64,000 nt of DNA from a phage. The notes under the pieces are model-generated. The model was not told the DNA's origin and ran no database searches. It saw only the letters and a list, made by a program, of their open reading frames with translations. Positions 40,681 to 49,748 of this stretch are shown piece after piece. Position numbers and translations under genes: made by a program. Location of the stretch: the sequence record PX092659.1, one strand, 5' to 3'. The first letter of the stretch is position 1, and each line of letters begins with the position of its first letter.

Positions 40681-41452
40681 TATTATTTTTCTCCAATAGT
40701 TCTTTAATCGACAGGATTTCTATCCCATTCGTTTCGGCTTTCTTATAAGATGAGGAAGAACGCTTCGATTCATCCTCACAGATTAGGTATTTGACGTCTT
40801 TGGTAACGGATTTCTTAACCGTATATCCTAGACCTTCTAAATAGTTTGTTGCATCCGTTCTATTTGCAAAATCTTGCAAAGATCCGGTAATACATACCGT
40901 TATTCCGTTTGGTTGGGCTACTAGACCATCAGTGATGATGACCTCAGCTTTAGCACCTTTAATACCGGTTGTGAATTTCCATGGTAATTCGATAACATCC
41001 TTGCCTTGTGGGGAATTTAGCCAGGCTTTATAATTTTCTCCAGCTTTGCCATCAGCTCTCACATCATGGAAGCTAGTGCAATTTTGGGATAATTTCTTTG
41101 CTGCAACCTCTCCAATTAGAGGGATTCCTAAAGAACCGAGAACTGAACCAAAGTCAATGTCTCCGCGAACTTTAGTATTTAATTCGCTAATTAACTTAGC
41201 GGCAACCTTGCTACCCACGGCTCTAACCAAATCTTCTTCGGTTAGGTAAAATAGTTCTGAAATCTTCGTCAGCTCCAGCTTCTCAATAGTTTTTGGGCCA
41301 AAGCCCTTTAACTTCATTTTTGTACAGAAGTTCTCAATTAACTTACTTGACTGCGCTGGACAGTTGGACTTATTCCTACAGAATAATTGTCCGTTGACAA
41401 GATCTAGCTTAGAACCACAAGAGGGACATTGTGTTGGAATTTCGATTTTCAT
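40673..41452 (-). CDS. ligB: NAD-dependent DNA ligase, C-terminal part (Zn finger, HhH, BRCT) - subunit B
   Basis: LigA-type zinc finger CPSCGSKLDLVNGQLFCRNKSNCPAQ, HhH GFGPKTIEKL, C-terminal BRCT-like; ATG 41452 with SD AGGAAG. Confidence 0.8.
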   Translation of the reverse strand: MKIEIPTQCPSCGSKLDLVNGQLFCRNKSNCPAQSSKLIENFCTKMKLKGFGPKTIEKLELTKISELFYLTEEDLVRAVGSKVAAKLISELNTKVRGDIDFGSVLGSLGIPLIGEVAAKKLSQNCTSFHDVRADGKAGENYKAWLNSPQGKDVIELPWKFTTGIKGAKAEVIITDGLVAQPNGITVCITGSLQDFANRTDATNYLEGLGYTVKKSVTKDVKYLICEDESKRSSSSYKKAETNGIEILSIKELLEKNNNV

Positions 41453-41482
41453 CAAATTTCTTCCTTATCAATTTATATAAAT

Positions 41483-41511
41483 ATTATAGCAAGTATTTAA
41501 GCATTTAGCAA
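41483..41511 (-). promoter_or_regulatory. T5-type early promoter between ligase halves
   Basis: minus strand TTGCTA(41511-41506)-17 bp-TATAAT(41488-41483) followed by ATTTATATAAATTGA. Confidence 0.6.
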
Positions 41512-41654
41512 CTACAATTTTAACTAACTTTGCTCACCCTCGCCATAACTTTCTATCCCTCAACTGAATGATAATAGTATATACCTAAGCGGCGAAAATG
41601 TCAATAACCACTTTATAATTCCGATATGGTAGATGGGTAGCAAAGGGTTATGTA

Positions 41655-42626
41655 TTAATCATATACTCGCTCTACTATGCACGGGATTACACCACCAGCA
41701 CGAATCACTCGAATCTGGCAACCGATCTCTAGATCGAGAGAGTTAATATAATCAACGTTATTAAGAGTCGCTTTAACAATTGTAGCATCATCAATAATTA
41801 CCGGTTCGAAATAACCAACTGGAGTTACTTTACCAGAAGCCCCTACCTGCCACTCAACTTTAGTAAGAGTTGTAATCTCGCCTTCTTCATCCTCTTTAAC
41901 AGCAAATGCTCCACGAGGGAATTTATTAGTCCAGCCTTCACGGAAGAATTTGTTGTTGTCATTAATACGAACAACTTTACCGTCCGTCGGAATCCATTTA
42001 AAGAAGGAACGCACATTAACAACTGTTAAGAAGTTCTCATTCTCTAGCCAAAGCATATCTTTTAAGTATGCTTCTGTAATACCTACAGATTCAGCAGAAC
42101 ACTGGATACCATAAGCAACAAAGATTAAACCACCTTCCCCGATACGTTGTACGAAATCATCACTATCTTTGAGGTTAATAGCACCAGAGGCAAAGTTACG
42201 TTTATTTTCTACTTCTTTTGTAATTAGAACTTCACCAGTGATTTGAGTTGGTACTTTTTGGGAAATCTTTTTAGGGATATTCAGCAGTCTTACGTTGCTT
42301 GTGACATCATTCCCTAGAATACCATTACCACGAGTTAGTGCTTGAACAAATTCGCCATTAATATATAGTAGAGAAATCGCACAACCATCTAACTTGTCAG
42401 TTTCTACCTGACCTAATGGGTTAAATGGGGGTTTATCTCCACGATTATAATAAACTTTCTGTAAAGAATACATACGATACAGATGTGGAATATCGCCCTT
42501 AGGCCCGATCTCTTCTTCTAACGGAAATCTTTTAATCAGACGATCATATTCTTCGTCAGAGATTAAAGACATTCCCTGGTAATATGCTTCTTGACAGCGT
42601 TTAATAAATTCTTTTACATTGGTCAT
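41655..42626 (-). CDS. ligA: NAD-dependent DNA ligase, N-terminal adenylation/OB part - subunit A
   Basis: 323 aa; adenylation motif KLDG (ETDKLDGCAISLLY), NAD-ligase nucleotidyltransferase and OB-fold region; ends where Zn-finger domain would begin. Confidence 0.85.
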   Translation of the reverse strand: MTNVKEFIKRCQEAYYQGMSLISDEEYDRLIKRFPLEEEIGPKGDIPHLYRMYSLQKVYYNRGDKPPFNPLGQVETDKLDGCAISLLYINGEFVQALTRGNGILGNDVTSNVRLLNIPKKISQKVPTQITGEVLITKEVENKRNFASGAINLKDSDDFVQRIGEGGLIFVAYGIQCSAESVGITEAYLKDMLWLENENFLTVVNVRSFFKWIPTDGKVVRINDNNKFFREGWTNKFPRGAFAVKEDEEGEITTLTKVEWQVGASGKVTPVGYFEPVIIDDATIVKATLNNVDYINSLDLEIGCQIRVIRAGGVIPCIVERVYD

Positions 42627-42657
42627 TTATTTATATCTCTCATTAATTTATATAAAT

Positions 42658-42686
42658 ATTATATAACAAAACTGAGTTGAAAGCAA
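42658..42686 (-). promoter_or_regulatory. T5-type early promoter upstream of ligA
   Basis: minus strand TTGCTT(42686-42681)-17 bp-TATAAT(42663-42658), A/T-rich upstream, ATTTATATAAATTAATGAGAG start region. Confidence 0.65.
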
Positions 42687-42692
42687 ATACAT

Positions 42693-43004
42693 TTATTCTT
42701 TTTCCGCCAGGCGTTTAGCTTCTTTTTCTACTTCTAATAAAACCTCACTATTAGATAATATTTTAGTAAATGCCTTAAATAAATGAGATGTTGTTTCTAG
42801 AGTGTATGGCATACTGAATCCACTTTTTGTTGGAAACCATTCACCTTCTATATCTTGGAGCCAGTACCTAATTCCTAAGTATAGATTCCCCCTAAACTCA
42901 GATACAGTTAGCCTAACCTGTTGGCCATCTTCTCTTTCCCAGATAACTATGGACTGATCATCTACATGTCCAACATAATCCTGATTTACATTATCTCCCG
43001 ACAT
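42693..43004 (-). CDS. putative PC4-like ssDNA-binding protein
   Basis: 103 aa; RLTVSEFRGNLYLGIRYW...WFPTKSGFS pattern resembles PC4/YdbC-like fold; assignment by motif only. Confidence 0.4.
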   Translation of the reverse strand: MSGDNVNQDYVGHVDDQSIVIWEREDGQQVRLTVSEFRGNLYLGIRYWLQDIEGEWFPTKSGFSMPYTLETTSHLFKAFTKILSNSEVLLEVEKEAKRLAEKE

Positions 43005-43651
43005 TTTATTGCTCCCTGACTTAGGAGATATTCCTCTGCCTCCTCTGGTTGAATATTAAAAAACTCAGTAGAACCATCAAATATTGATTCTGTAAATATC
43101 TGTGTAGTACTAAAAAATCTATGAGCTTTATTTTCTAGATTATACGCTGACTCATCATAAGAGTATACTCCATATATACTCAAGTCCTCCAGATTAGAAT
43201 CTTTTTTGATCTCTAAAAGTCTTCTATCTGGACTTTTAGATGTTCCTATTTTTGTGCCTAGTTGTGGGCTATAAAATACGTATAAATAGCTAGTAGATTT
43301 ACACATAGGGCATGATCTACCAGCATTTTTAACTTTATCTACACTACTAGTCCACGTGTGTCCGTGGGTGCACTCAAATATTGCCGGACTTTGGGAATTT
43401 ATATAGGAGGATATAAGTTTTATACCTTTAGTACTTAACTGTTGATTTATGACCTCTACAGTTAGTTTAGCTTTGCCACTACAATAAGGGCAGCCACTAC
43501 CTTTCCGTATATTACTTAAATATCCCTTCCATTGATGACCTTTTGAACACTCAAATATAGCGGGTGTTCTTATATTAGCCCATTCACTCACTATATGAAA
43601 ACCTAGTGGCTCTAACTCTTTATTTATTTGCTCTTCTGTTAATTTTTTCAC
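42986..43651 (-). CDS. zinc-ribbon plus T5orf172/GIY-YIG-like putative homing endonuclease
   Basis: 221 aa; two repeats ending in CPYC/CPMC; C-terminal YLYVFYSPQLGTKIGTSKSPDRRL...GSTEFF; GTG start; paralog of 1489..2163 and 54845..55708. Confidence 0.6.
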   Translation of the reverse strand: MKKLTEEQINKELEPLGFHIVSEWANIRTPAIFECSKGHQWKGYLSNIRKGSGCPYCSGKAKLTVEVINQQLSTKGIKLISSYINSQSPAIFECTHGHTWTSSVDKVKNAGRSCPMCKSTSYLYVFYSPQLGTKIGTSKSPDRRLLEIKKDSNLEDLSIYGVYSYDESAYNLENKAHRFFSTTQIFTESIFDGSTEFFNIQPEEAEEYLLSQGAIKCREIM

Positions 43652-43671
43652 TATAATTTACATATGACAAA

Positions 43672-43700
43672 GGAGAGCCGAAGCTCTCCTTTTCTTTATT
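43672..43700 (+). terminator. intrinsic terminator-like hairpin oriented on + strand within minus-strand gene block
   Basis: GGAGAGC-CGAA-GCTCTCC followed by TTTTCTTTATTATTTTTT on + strand; exact reverse complement of the capsid-gene terminator stem. Confidence 0.5.
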
Positions 43701-43989
43701 ATTTTTTGCCTACTGGCGTAGCTCTATCAAGTTCACTAGACAATGAAGTGACACGTTTCACCTTATTTACAGGAATAAATCGGAAGCTATCATTAGTGCG
43801 ACTAAACACTAGAATTTCGTCATCTTTTGGTTGACGGATACGCTCCTGAGCAAAACGTTTACTTAGGTACTTATCAGTAAAATCCATAGTGCCCTGTAAA
43901 TAGGTAGTGCCCTTTTGACGGAGCTTTTCGTAATGAAGATAAAATTCATTATGAGCTTCACATGCGGAGATAATTTCTTGCTTAGTCAT
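43699..43989 (-). CDS. hypothetical protein
   Basis: 96-aa ORF with ATG start, between two early genes. Confidence 0.4.
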   Translation of the reverse strand: MTKQEIISACEAHNEFYLHYEKLRQKGTTYLQGTMDFTDKYLSKRFAQERIRQPKDDEILVFSRTNDSFRFIPVNKVKRVTSLSSELDRATPVGKK

Positions 43990-44004
43990 TTTTAATCCCC
44001 CTTA

Positions 44005-44415
44005 TTACTTAGTGATAGCTCGGATTGCTTCTGCCAGATGAGCAGCCGCTTTACCGGTCAGTTTGTCGATAATTGCATCATCCAGAAAATCTGGTGCTAA
44101 GCCAGCATCAGAGAACGCTGAACGAAGATCAGCATGAGCTTGGGCTTTGGAGGTACGAGAGCCACCGGAAGCTTTTTCTCCAGTAGATGCACTAGATTTA
44201 GAAGTAGAACCAGCAGCTTTCTTGATATACAAACCTGCTTTAGTCAGTTTCATACGAAAACCGTTCGGAGTTACACCATTTTCCTGGGCAATTTCACTAA
44301 CAATTTCCATGCTAACGCCCGGACGTTCATCCTCTGGGAATTGCTCCATACGAGCAACGTATTCGGAAGACATTTTTTCGAACAGTTCATCAGTCCACTG
44401 AGTTGGAGTAGTCAT
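44005..44415 (-). CDS. hypothetical abundant early protein
   Basis: 136 aa; E. coli-optimal codons; Ser/Ala-rich central linker; promoter immediately upstream. Confidence 0.45.
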   Translation of the reverse strand: MTTPTQWTDELFEKMSSEYVARMEQFPEDERPGVSMEIVSEIAQENGVTPNGFRMKLTKAGLYIKKAAGSTSKSSASTGEKASGGSRTSKAQAHADLRSAFSDAGLAPDFLDDAIIDKLTGKAAAHLAEAIRAITK

Positions 44416-44472
44416 ATTTTATATTTCCTTAATTAAGAATTAAACAGAATAGTTCTTTCAAACTATGAGAAT

Positions 44473-44501
44473 ATTATATCAAGAATTATAGGATTAAGCA
44501 A
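44473..44501 (-). promoter_or_regulatory. T5-type early promoter
   Basis: minus strand TTGCTT(44501-44496)-17 bp-TATAAT(44478-44473). Confidence 0.6.
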
Positions 44502-44518
44502 CTGAAATTTTTAAGTAG

Positions 44519-44794
44519 TTACTCCACTAGGCCAACAGCGAGCATATCATCAATGCTGGCAACCTCCCAATCGTCCGCAATAGCTTCGCATACTGTTAAT
44601 GAAACAACCTCGCTATATGGATAGTTACCGGCTACCCAGGTATGCTGAGTAGCTACATCCGAGTCAGCATCTAAAGTTAGTAACACTAAGCCGTTATTAT
44701 CGTTATCCCAGCTTCTGCGATATAGTGTTTTTACTTCCCCATCTTTAAGTAAATCAGTTAGTTTACTCACGGCGTTTTCCTTTTTCTTTATCAA
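44519..44794 (-). CDS. hypothetical protein
   Basis: Track ORF 91 aa with TTG start; a GTG at 44770 with SD AAGGAAAA overlapping the upstream stop is the more likely start (83 aa). Confidence 0.35.
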   Translation of the reverse strand: MIKKKENAVSKLTDLLKDGEVKTLYRRSWDNDNNGLVLLTLDADSDVATQHTWVAGNYPYSEVVSLTVCEAIADDWEVASIDDMLAVGLVE

Positions 44795-45467
44795 GTTTCA
44801 AGGCAGCCTTAACAGCTTCGTTAATCAGTGTGATAACTTCTTCCCGGGACCATTTGTACCCCAGAGACTTTACATCAACCCCTAACTTTTCCAGATGTTT
44901 AACAGAAGCCAGCTCGTAATTCATATAATGAACGTTCTGTTGTTTGCCTTCCGATAGTAACCAGACTCGATAACAACCAACAGGATTATCCATTGCTTTT
45001 TTGATTTCACCGATACACTGGTATCCAGGAACCCAAACTAGTTCTCCAACTTCAAATTCTTCTGCTACAGCATCATCAGGAATAATTGGAGGATTCAATG
45101 GATCTACAATATCGTTCAAACGAAGTAGAGCACCATATCGTTCCAGAACAGATTTAACCATTGCTACAGAGCGATAATTACGATCGGCAATCTCTTCAAA
45201 AGAATCGCCAGATAGATACTGTTCAATAACGTTGGCCAACTCAATACCTTCAATGAGTGTACCACGTTTCTTTTTCTTCATCTCAGCAACTTGAATCTGG
45301 CGGTCTTGCCATTCTTCAATCATCCTTTCCATAGTTGGGTTGGATGATACACCGAGCATTTCACATGCTGCTTTCTTAGTACCACCGTTCTCCAGATGCT
45401 CTATAACTTTTTTAAAGACTTCATCCGGGATTTCATGGATATGTTTTTTTCTGCGAGAACCAGCCAT
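44763..45467 (-). CDS. putative helix-turn-helix DNA-binding protein
   Basis: 234 aa; N-terminal HTH-like segment (GTKKAACEMLGVSSNPTMERMIEEW); driven by PN25-like promoter with SD GAGAGGAG. Confidence 0.5.
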   Translation of the reverse strand: MAGSRRKKHIHEIPDEVFKKVIEHLENGGTKKAACEMLGVSSNPTMERMIEEWQDRQIQVAEMKKKKRGTLIEGIELANVIEQYLSGDSFEEIADRNYRSVAMVKSVLERYGALLRLNDIVDPLNPPIIPDDAVAEEFEVGELVWVPGYQCIGEIKKAMDNPVGCYRVWLLSEGKQQNVHYMNYELASVKHLEKLGVDVKSLGYKWSREEVITLINEAVKAALKLDKEKGKRRE

Positions 45468-45498
45468 ATTTAAACTCCTCTCTCAAATTTATGAATCT

Positions 45499-45527
45499 AT
45501 TATACAGAAAATTTTTCCTGAAAGCAA
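45499..45527 (-). promoter_or_regulatory. strong T5 early promoter, PN25-like
   Basis: minus strand reads AAAAATTTATTTGCTTTCAGGAAAAATTTTCTGTATAATAGATTCATAAATTTGAGAGAGGAG; TTGCTT(45527-45522)-17 bp-TATAAT(45504-45499); near-identical to the T5 PN25 promoter as I recall it. Confidence 0.8.
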
Positions 45528-45535
45528 ATAAATTT

Positions 45536-45769
45536 TTACGATTCCTTGAGTAAAGAAGAAAGTTCAGCATATACTTTATCTAACTCAAACCCTATGCGAA
45601 GAGATACGTTAGTCCTCCGTTGTTTAAGTAACCACTCGGATATGTTAGGGATACCAGCTAATCTATGTGGTACCACCCTACATAGCTTTTCCGAAGTGTC
45701 ATAAACAGGAACTTTACGTTCTTTTACTGGGAACTTCCTTGTTTCCCATTTCTTATTCTTCACTGTCAT
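45536..45769 (-). CDS. hypothetical small protein (questionable)
   Basis: Track ORF 45536..45877 overlaps HNH gene by 125 nt; internal ATG at 45769 gives 77-aa product MTVKNKKWETRK... Confidence 0.25.
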   Translation of the reverse strand: MTVKNKKWETRKFPVKERKVPVYDTSEKLCRVVPHRLAGIPNISEWLLKQRRTNVSLRIGFELDKVYAELSSLLKES

Positions 45770-46283
45770 ATCTCTCCGAGGGATTAAATTCACCAAACAG
45801 CTCTTTAACTCCCCTAAGGTATAGCTGATGGGCTTCTTCCGGGGTATCTCGTCTACCAAAAATATGTTGCTTTCCATCGCAGTAAGCGTAGGCCATATAC
45901 CTATTACCTCGTTTTACAACTCCAGTGAATCCGGTAGAATTAGTAGAACACTTCTTATTCTTCCCATTTTCGGAATAGGTAGCCTTACGTAAATTATCCC
46001 ACAAGTTGTTTAAACTATCGCCGTCTTTATGGTCAATAGTTTTACCCCCAGGATCTTCACCTGTCTTTATAAACCAGATTATTCTATGGGCTAAGTAAGC
46101 TGTCCGCTCCCCATTTATCGTAAACTCTAGCTGTCTCCCAGTTTTCATTTTGGAGCCCGCTACCTTTCCCTTCCTTGGGCCAGATAACCAAATTAAGTCC
46201 CCAGTACTTTCGTCATACCTAAGCTTTTCTAGGATAAATGCCATAGGAGGCATTGGTTTATGCATTTTCATTAGTTGCTCCAA
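45753..46283 (-). CDS. HNH homing endonuclease with AP2-like domain
   Basis: HNH core AHRIIWFIKTGEDPGGKTIDHKDGDSLNN; AP2-like FTGVVKRGNRYMAYAYCDGKQHIFGRRDTPEEAHQLYLRGVKELFGEF; start overlaps 3' end of origin-binding gene. Confidence 0.75.
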   Translation of the reverse strand: MEQLMKMHKPMPPMAFILEKLRYDESTGDLIWLSGPRKGKVAGSKMKTGRQLEFTINGERTAYLAHRIIWFIKTGEDPGGKTIDHKDGDSLNNLWDNLRKATYSENGKNKKCSTNSTGFTGVVKRGNRYMAYAYCDGKQHIFGRRDTPEEAHQLYLRGVKELFGEFNPSERYDSEE

Positions 46284-49044
46284 GTTCGGACAGTACTTCT
46301 TCTGCCATAGCCTTCTCTTCCTCTGTCATGAATTTGAAAGGAATTGGCATACACTCGATTTTACAATAGGTTCTGTACCAGTCTACGATATTCTCCGTGT
46401 TCATATCTTTACCAATACCCATCATACCAAGATACATTCTAGCATATTTTGGGTTAGCACTCTGACCTGTTTTAAGGAAGAAGTCCTTCTTCTTACCTTT
46501 CAGAGCCTCTATGAATGGTTTAATGGTCACATTTGAACACTTCTTAATATCTTCCCAGAACATCTCGTGCATCTTATGGAAGAATGCAGCTCGATCATTC
46601 GGTTTATCTTTGATATATTGTTCAACATGCTCAACTGTTACATCTTTAATAGACTCGAGATGATAATAGCGAACAAGAAGTAGCTTAGCTTCATATGCAT
46701 CCGCATGGCGCGGAGCACAATAATCAGGAGTTGAGTGCAGAATAGCTTTGATTCGCTCCTCTGTGTACTCTTTACCAGCACCTTCAATAGTTCCCCAGCT
46801 TTCACTGAAAATATCAATAGTTGCACCCTGATCAAGCAAGTAATAACGTAAAGTACTAGTATAGTTCCTAGATTCTAATTCCCTGCGACGTGCGTATAAT
46901 TGCTGTGCTAACTCCAGCCAACCTTCATCAATATTATATTGTTCAGAACCTGCGGAGAATCCACTCGTAGATTTATCAATAAAATAATAGATATTTTGAG
47001 CACCACGGTCGCGCCTGATTGCTTGGAAACGCATGTTTGGCGCTTGATTACTAGTTCTAGTAATAACGAATACGTTATCAAAATAGTTGAAGTCAACACC
47101 ACTCGTTACGGATGGACTACATAATAAGCAATCAATTTGTTGATCAATTAGCTCATTAGTTGTGTAATCCAGAATACGTCTAATATCTACATCAGACGTA
47201 GAGTTTGAGTGGATTTCCTTAACTAACGCACCCGTATTACGACGCAACGCCATGCCCTTCTCATTCAGTTCATCTGGCCCACAGTCAGATACTAGGATAG
47301 ATTTCTCACCCATCTCCAGGGAAGTCTGAAGTGCAACCCAAATACTAGACTCATCAGGGAACTCATAAGCATGAGCTTTTGATAGCATTTTACGGTGGTG
47401 ATTGTAAAATGCAACCGGTTTATCAAACTCAATCAAAGAACCATATGCTTCAATTGTTTCTGCACTAATATCCCCATCAGATAATATAATGATTTTTGCA
47501 GTTGCAAGAATATCCCGAAGAACCTGAATACATTCACGACGTTGTTTAACAACCGGGGCGAATAATAGGTCATTCATTACAGCGTCACATTCATCGATAA
47601 AGATTGCATCGATTTGACCAATAAAACTCTTGAACTTATGTAAAGAGTGAATAGTTGTGGACATACGGTCAATAGCGCCACGCTTAAAATTAAGCATATC
47701 TACAGACTTATCATATTGTCCTGCACTAAATTTCTTAGCATTTGAAGATACCAGTGCTCGAGTATTGGTAATTGCTAAGAAATTACCTTTAATAACTCCT
47801 GAATCTAACCAACGAACAACAGCCGTTGTTTTACCCGTGCCTAGGCTTGCTTTTACAAAAGTCATATAGCCTTCTGGTGGTACAGTATTTAATTTCAAGA
47901 AGTTGTCGGTCTCTAGTGAGTTAGTCTCTAGTTTTTTAAGTGGAATACCTTTTAAAACATCAGGTATATCACGTTTAGAATTATTCACAAAGGCTTTTAA
48001 CGCCTGCTTACGACCGTTATTAAAGTAATCTTGAATATTACGACTATTATCTTTAGTTGCAATATACTCAGATAAAGCTGGGCGGATCTCCTTCTCTAGC
48101 CAGCCAAAATCTACACCATCCTCTAGTGCTCGGTGATAGAGTTTAGGAATAATACGTAGATATACACCATCCTCAGCTTCTTCTAACTCGCTGATGGTTT
48201 CTTCTACTTTATCAGAGGCAGCTTTTTTACCCTTAATTTGGTCTAGTAAAGAGTAGAACTCTTCCTTAAACTCACCTCTAGTTGTTTCATAGTCAACTAG
48301 ATTATTAGGTAAATTTACTTTTGAGCCTTTAACAAATACCAGACGTGAAGCACCCTCCGCTTTAAACGGATCTACTATACCATCAGTGAATAAAGGATCT
48401 GCAAAGTAATGGAGCTGTACGGAAGAGTAATAAGCTAAGTCGGCAATATCAAAGCCATACTTTTGTCTACTACTTTCGTTGATAGATGTAAATAAGAATT
48501 TGATTTGACCCTGAGTTACTTTAACATTAGATTCTAGTATTAAGTGCATTCGGATACCTGGTTTTAGCCCAGCCGAAGACGATGCATGAGCGATAAACCC
48601 TGCATCAAGAGGAAACATATCCTCACTAATACTATTTAACATTCTAATAATATGTCGAGCCATGCCAACAAGATCAAACTTGTTACAACCACCTGTATCT
48701 ACAATACCATCCACGTCCATTGCAATTATATGACTTGGGTTAGATACATTAAAGTTGCCCTTCTTACGTCGCACATTATTTTTAGGTGCAAGACATCGAC
48801 CTCGTACCGCAACGATATGAGGGTCAGACGTTAAACGTCTCATAAGAGGAAGCATTTCTACTAGGGTTTGAGGATCAACTTCATCAATTACATCAAACTT
48901 GAAGGGCATTGAAGCTGGTTTACCTTCAGGATGCTTTGAGGAAAATCTTTTAGCAAAAAGATAGTCTTCTGCTTTAACTTCTCGCCAATTGCCTGTGGCT
49001 AAATCGCGATGAAATCCTGCATGACCTTGTAGGATTGAAAACAC
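46258..49044 (-). CDS. putative replication origin-binding protein / DNA helicase-like ATPase
   Basis: Walker A SLGTGKTTAVV and Walker B IFIDECDAV in central region; track ORF extends to TTG 49122 but GTG 49044 has SD AGGAG 7 nt upstream. Confidence 0.6.
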   Translation of the reverse strand: MFSILQGHAGFHRDLATGNWREVKAEDYLFAKRFSSKHPEGKPASMPFKFDVIDEVDPQTLVEMLPLMRRLTSDPHIVAVRGRCLAPKNNVRRKKGNFNVSNPSHIIAMDVDGIVDTGGCNKFDLVGMARHIIRMLNSISEDMFPLDAGFIAHASSSAGLKPGIRMHLILESNVKVTQGQIKFLFTSINESSRQKYGFDIADLAYYSSVQLHYFADPLFTDGIVDPFKAEGASRLVFVKGSKVNLPNNLVDYETTRGEFKEEFYSLLDQIKGKKAASDKVEETISELEEAEDGVYLRIIPKLYHRALEDGVDFGWLEKEIRPALSEYIATKDNSRNIQDYFNNGRKQALKAFVNNSKRDIPDVLKGIPLKKLETNSLETDNFLKLNTVPPEGYMTFVKASLGTGKTTAVVRWLDSGVIKGNFLAITNTRALVSSNAKKFSAGQYDKSVDMLNFKRGAIDRMSTTIHSLHKFKSFIGQIDAIFIDECDAVMNDLLFAPVVKQRRECIQVLRDILATAKIIILSDGDISAETIEAYGSLIEFDKPVAFYNHHRKMLSKAHAYEFPDESSIWVALQTSLEMGEKSILVSDCGPDELNEKGMALRRNTGALVKEIHSNSTSDVDIRRILDYTTNELIDQQIDCLLCSPSVTSGVDFNYFDNVFVITRTSNQAPNMRFQAIRRDRGAQNIYYFIDKSTSGFSAGSEQYNIDEGWLELAQQLYARRRELESRNYTSTLRYYLLDQGATIDIFSESWGTIEGAGKEYTEERIKAILHSTPDYCAPRHADAYEAKLLLVRYYHLESIKDVTVEHVEQYIKDKPNDRAAFFHKMHEMFWEDIKKCSNVTIKPFIEALKGKKKDFFLKTGQSANPKYARMYLGMMGIGKDMNTENIVDWYRTYCKIECMPIPFKFMTEEEKAMAEEVLSELGATNENA

Positions 49045-49643
49045 AACAATACTCCTGTGTTGGAAATGGAATAAGTTTTCTTTAGGACTATTCAGAAAGA
49101 ATAGAACAACTGTTACTGTCAATTTCTCAACAAATTAATTGCAAATACTGAAGTGGGGTGGCAACTTCCACTTTCACGCTGCGCTGCTGCCTCATTATAC
49201 CGCACAAATCCTTGAGGATGGCCGCTAAGCCAGATTTGCTCACCTAATGCTTCATATACTAGCTCATACTAGATGCAATATAACTTACAGAATCACGTCT
49301 CGGTAGTTTTTCACTCCTCCCATCTCACTTCACAACCACCTCATACTAGGTTGCTTCGAGGCCTTACCAGGGTTCCTATGGGACGCAGATCGCTAAGTAT
49401 TCTATTAACTATTTGCTTAAAAACTAACACGTAACAGTTAAAACAACCCTTAATGGGGCAGCCTAACTGTTCCGTATCGCGGATTGTAAACAAGAAAAAA
49501 CTTTTTCGTAAAGCTCTAGCAACGTACCTTATGCAGCTATTTACGGGTCATCGATTCCTCTCGCCGTAAATCTCTTGTCAGCTTCACTAAGAAAAATTAG
49601 TAAAAGATCAATTTTTACTAATGTCTCTCAATTCAATATAAAT
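49045..49643 (-). other. long promoter-proximal noncoding region (candidate structured leader, ncRNA or replication origin)
   Basis: No ORF of 60 aa or more on either strand; lies between promoter (-10 at 49644-49649) and origin-binding gene start; contains CTAGTATGAG-like decamer x3 and hairpins. Confidence 0.4.
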
Positions 49644-49672
49644 ATTATAGCAAGATTTTGAGCATCATGCAA
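49644..49672 (-). promoter_or_regulatory. T5-type early promoter
   Basis: minus strand TATAAT(49649-49644) followed by ATTTATATTGAATTGAGAGA start region; weaker -35 TTGCAT(49672-49667). Confidence 0.55.
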
Positions 49673-49704
49673 GTAGATTTTTAAAGAGAATGCTATCAGT
49701 GTCT

Positions 49705-49740
49705 TTGAGCACAGAGAAAACCGAGCCAAAATGACTCGGT
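49705..49740 (-). terminator. intrinsic terminator
   Basis: minus-strand ACCGAG-UCAUUUUGG-CUCGGU hairpin followed by UUUCUCUGUGCU; immediately precedes next promoter. Confidence 0.55.
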
Positions 49741-49748
49741 TATACGGA

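Noticed and set aside
40198-40707. 169-aa ORF on + strand
   Set aside because: Antisense shadow ORF of the codon-biased D5-like gene
41453-41654. Group I intron splitting the ligase gene
   Set aside because: Gap is only 202 bp, carries a canonical promoter and SD for the downstream half, and shows no P1-P9-like pairing; two separate genes is the simpler explanation
49045-49643. Possible tRNA gene in the noncoding region
   Set aside because: No canonical T-loop (GTTCRANYC) or cloverleaf could be built on either strand by eye; T5-like tRNA clusters lie elsewhere in the genome
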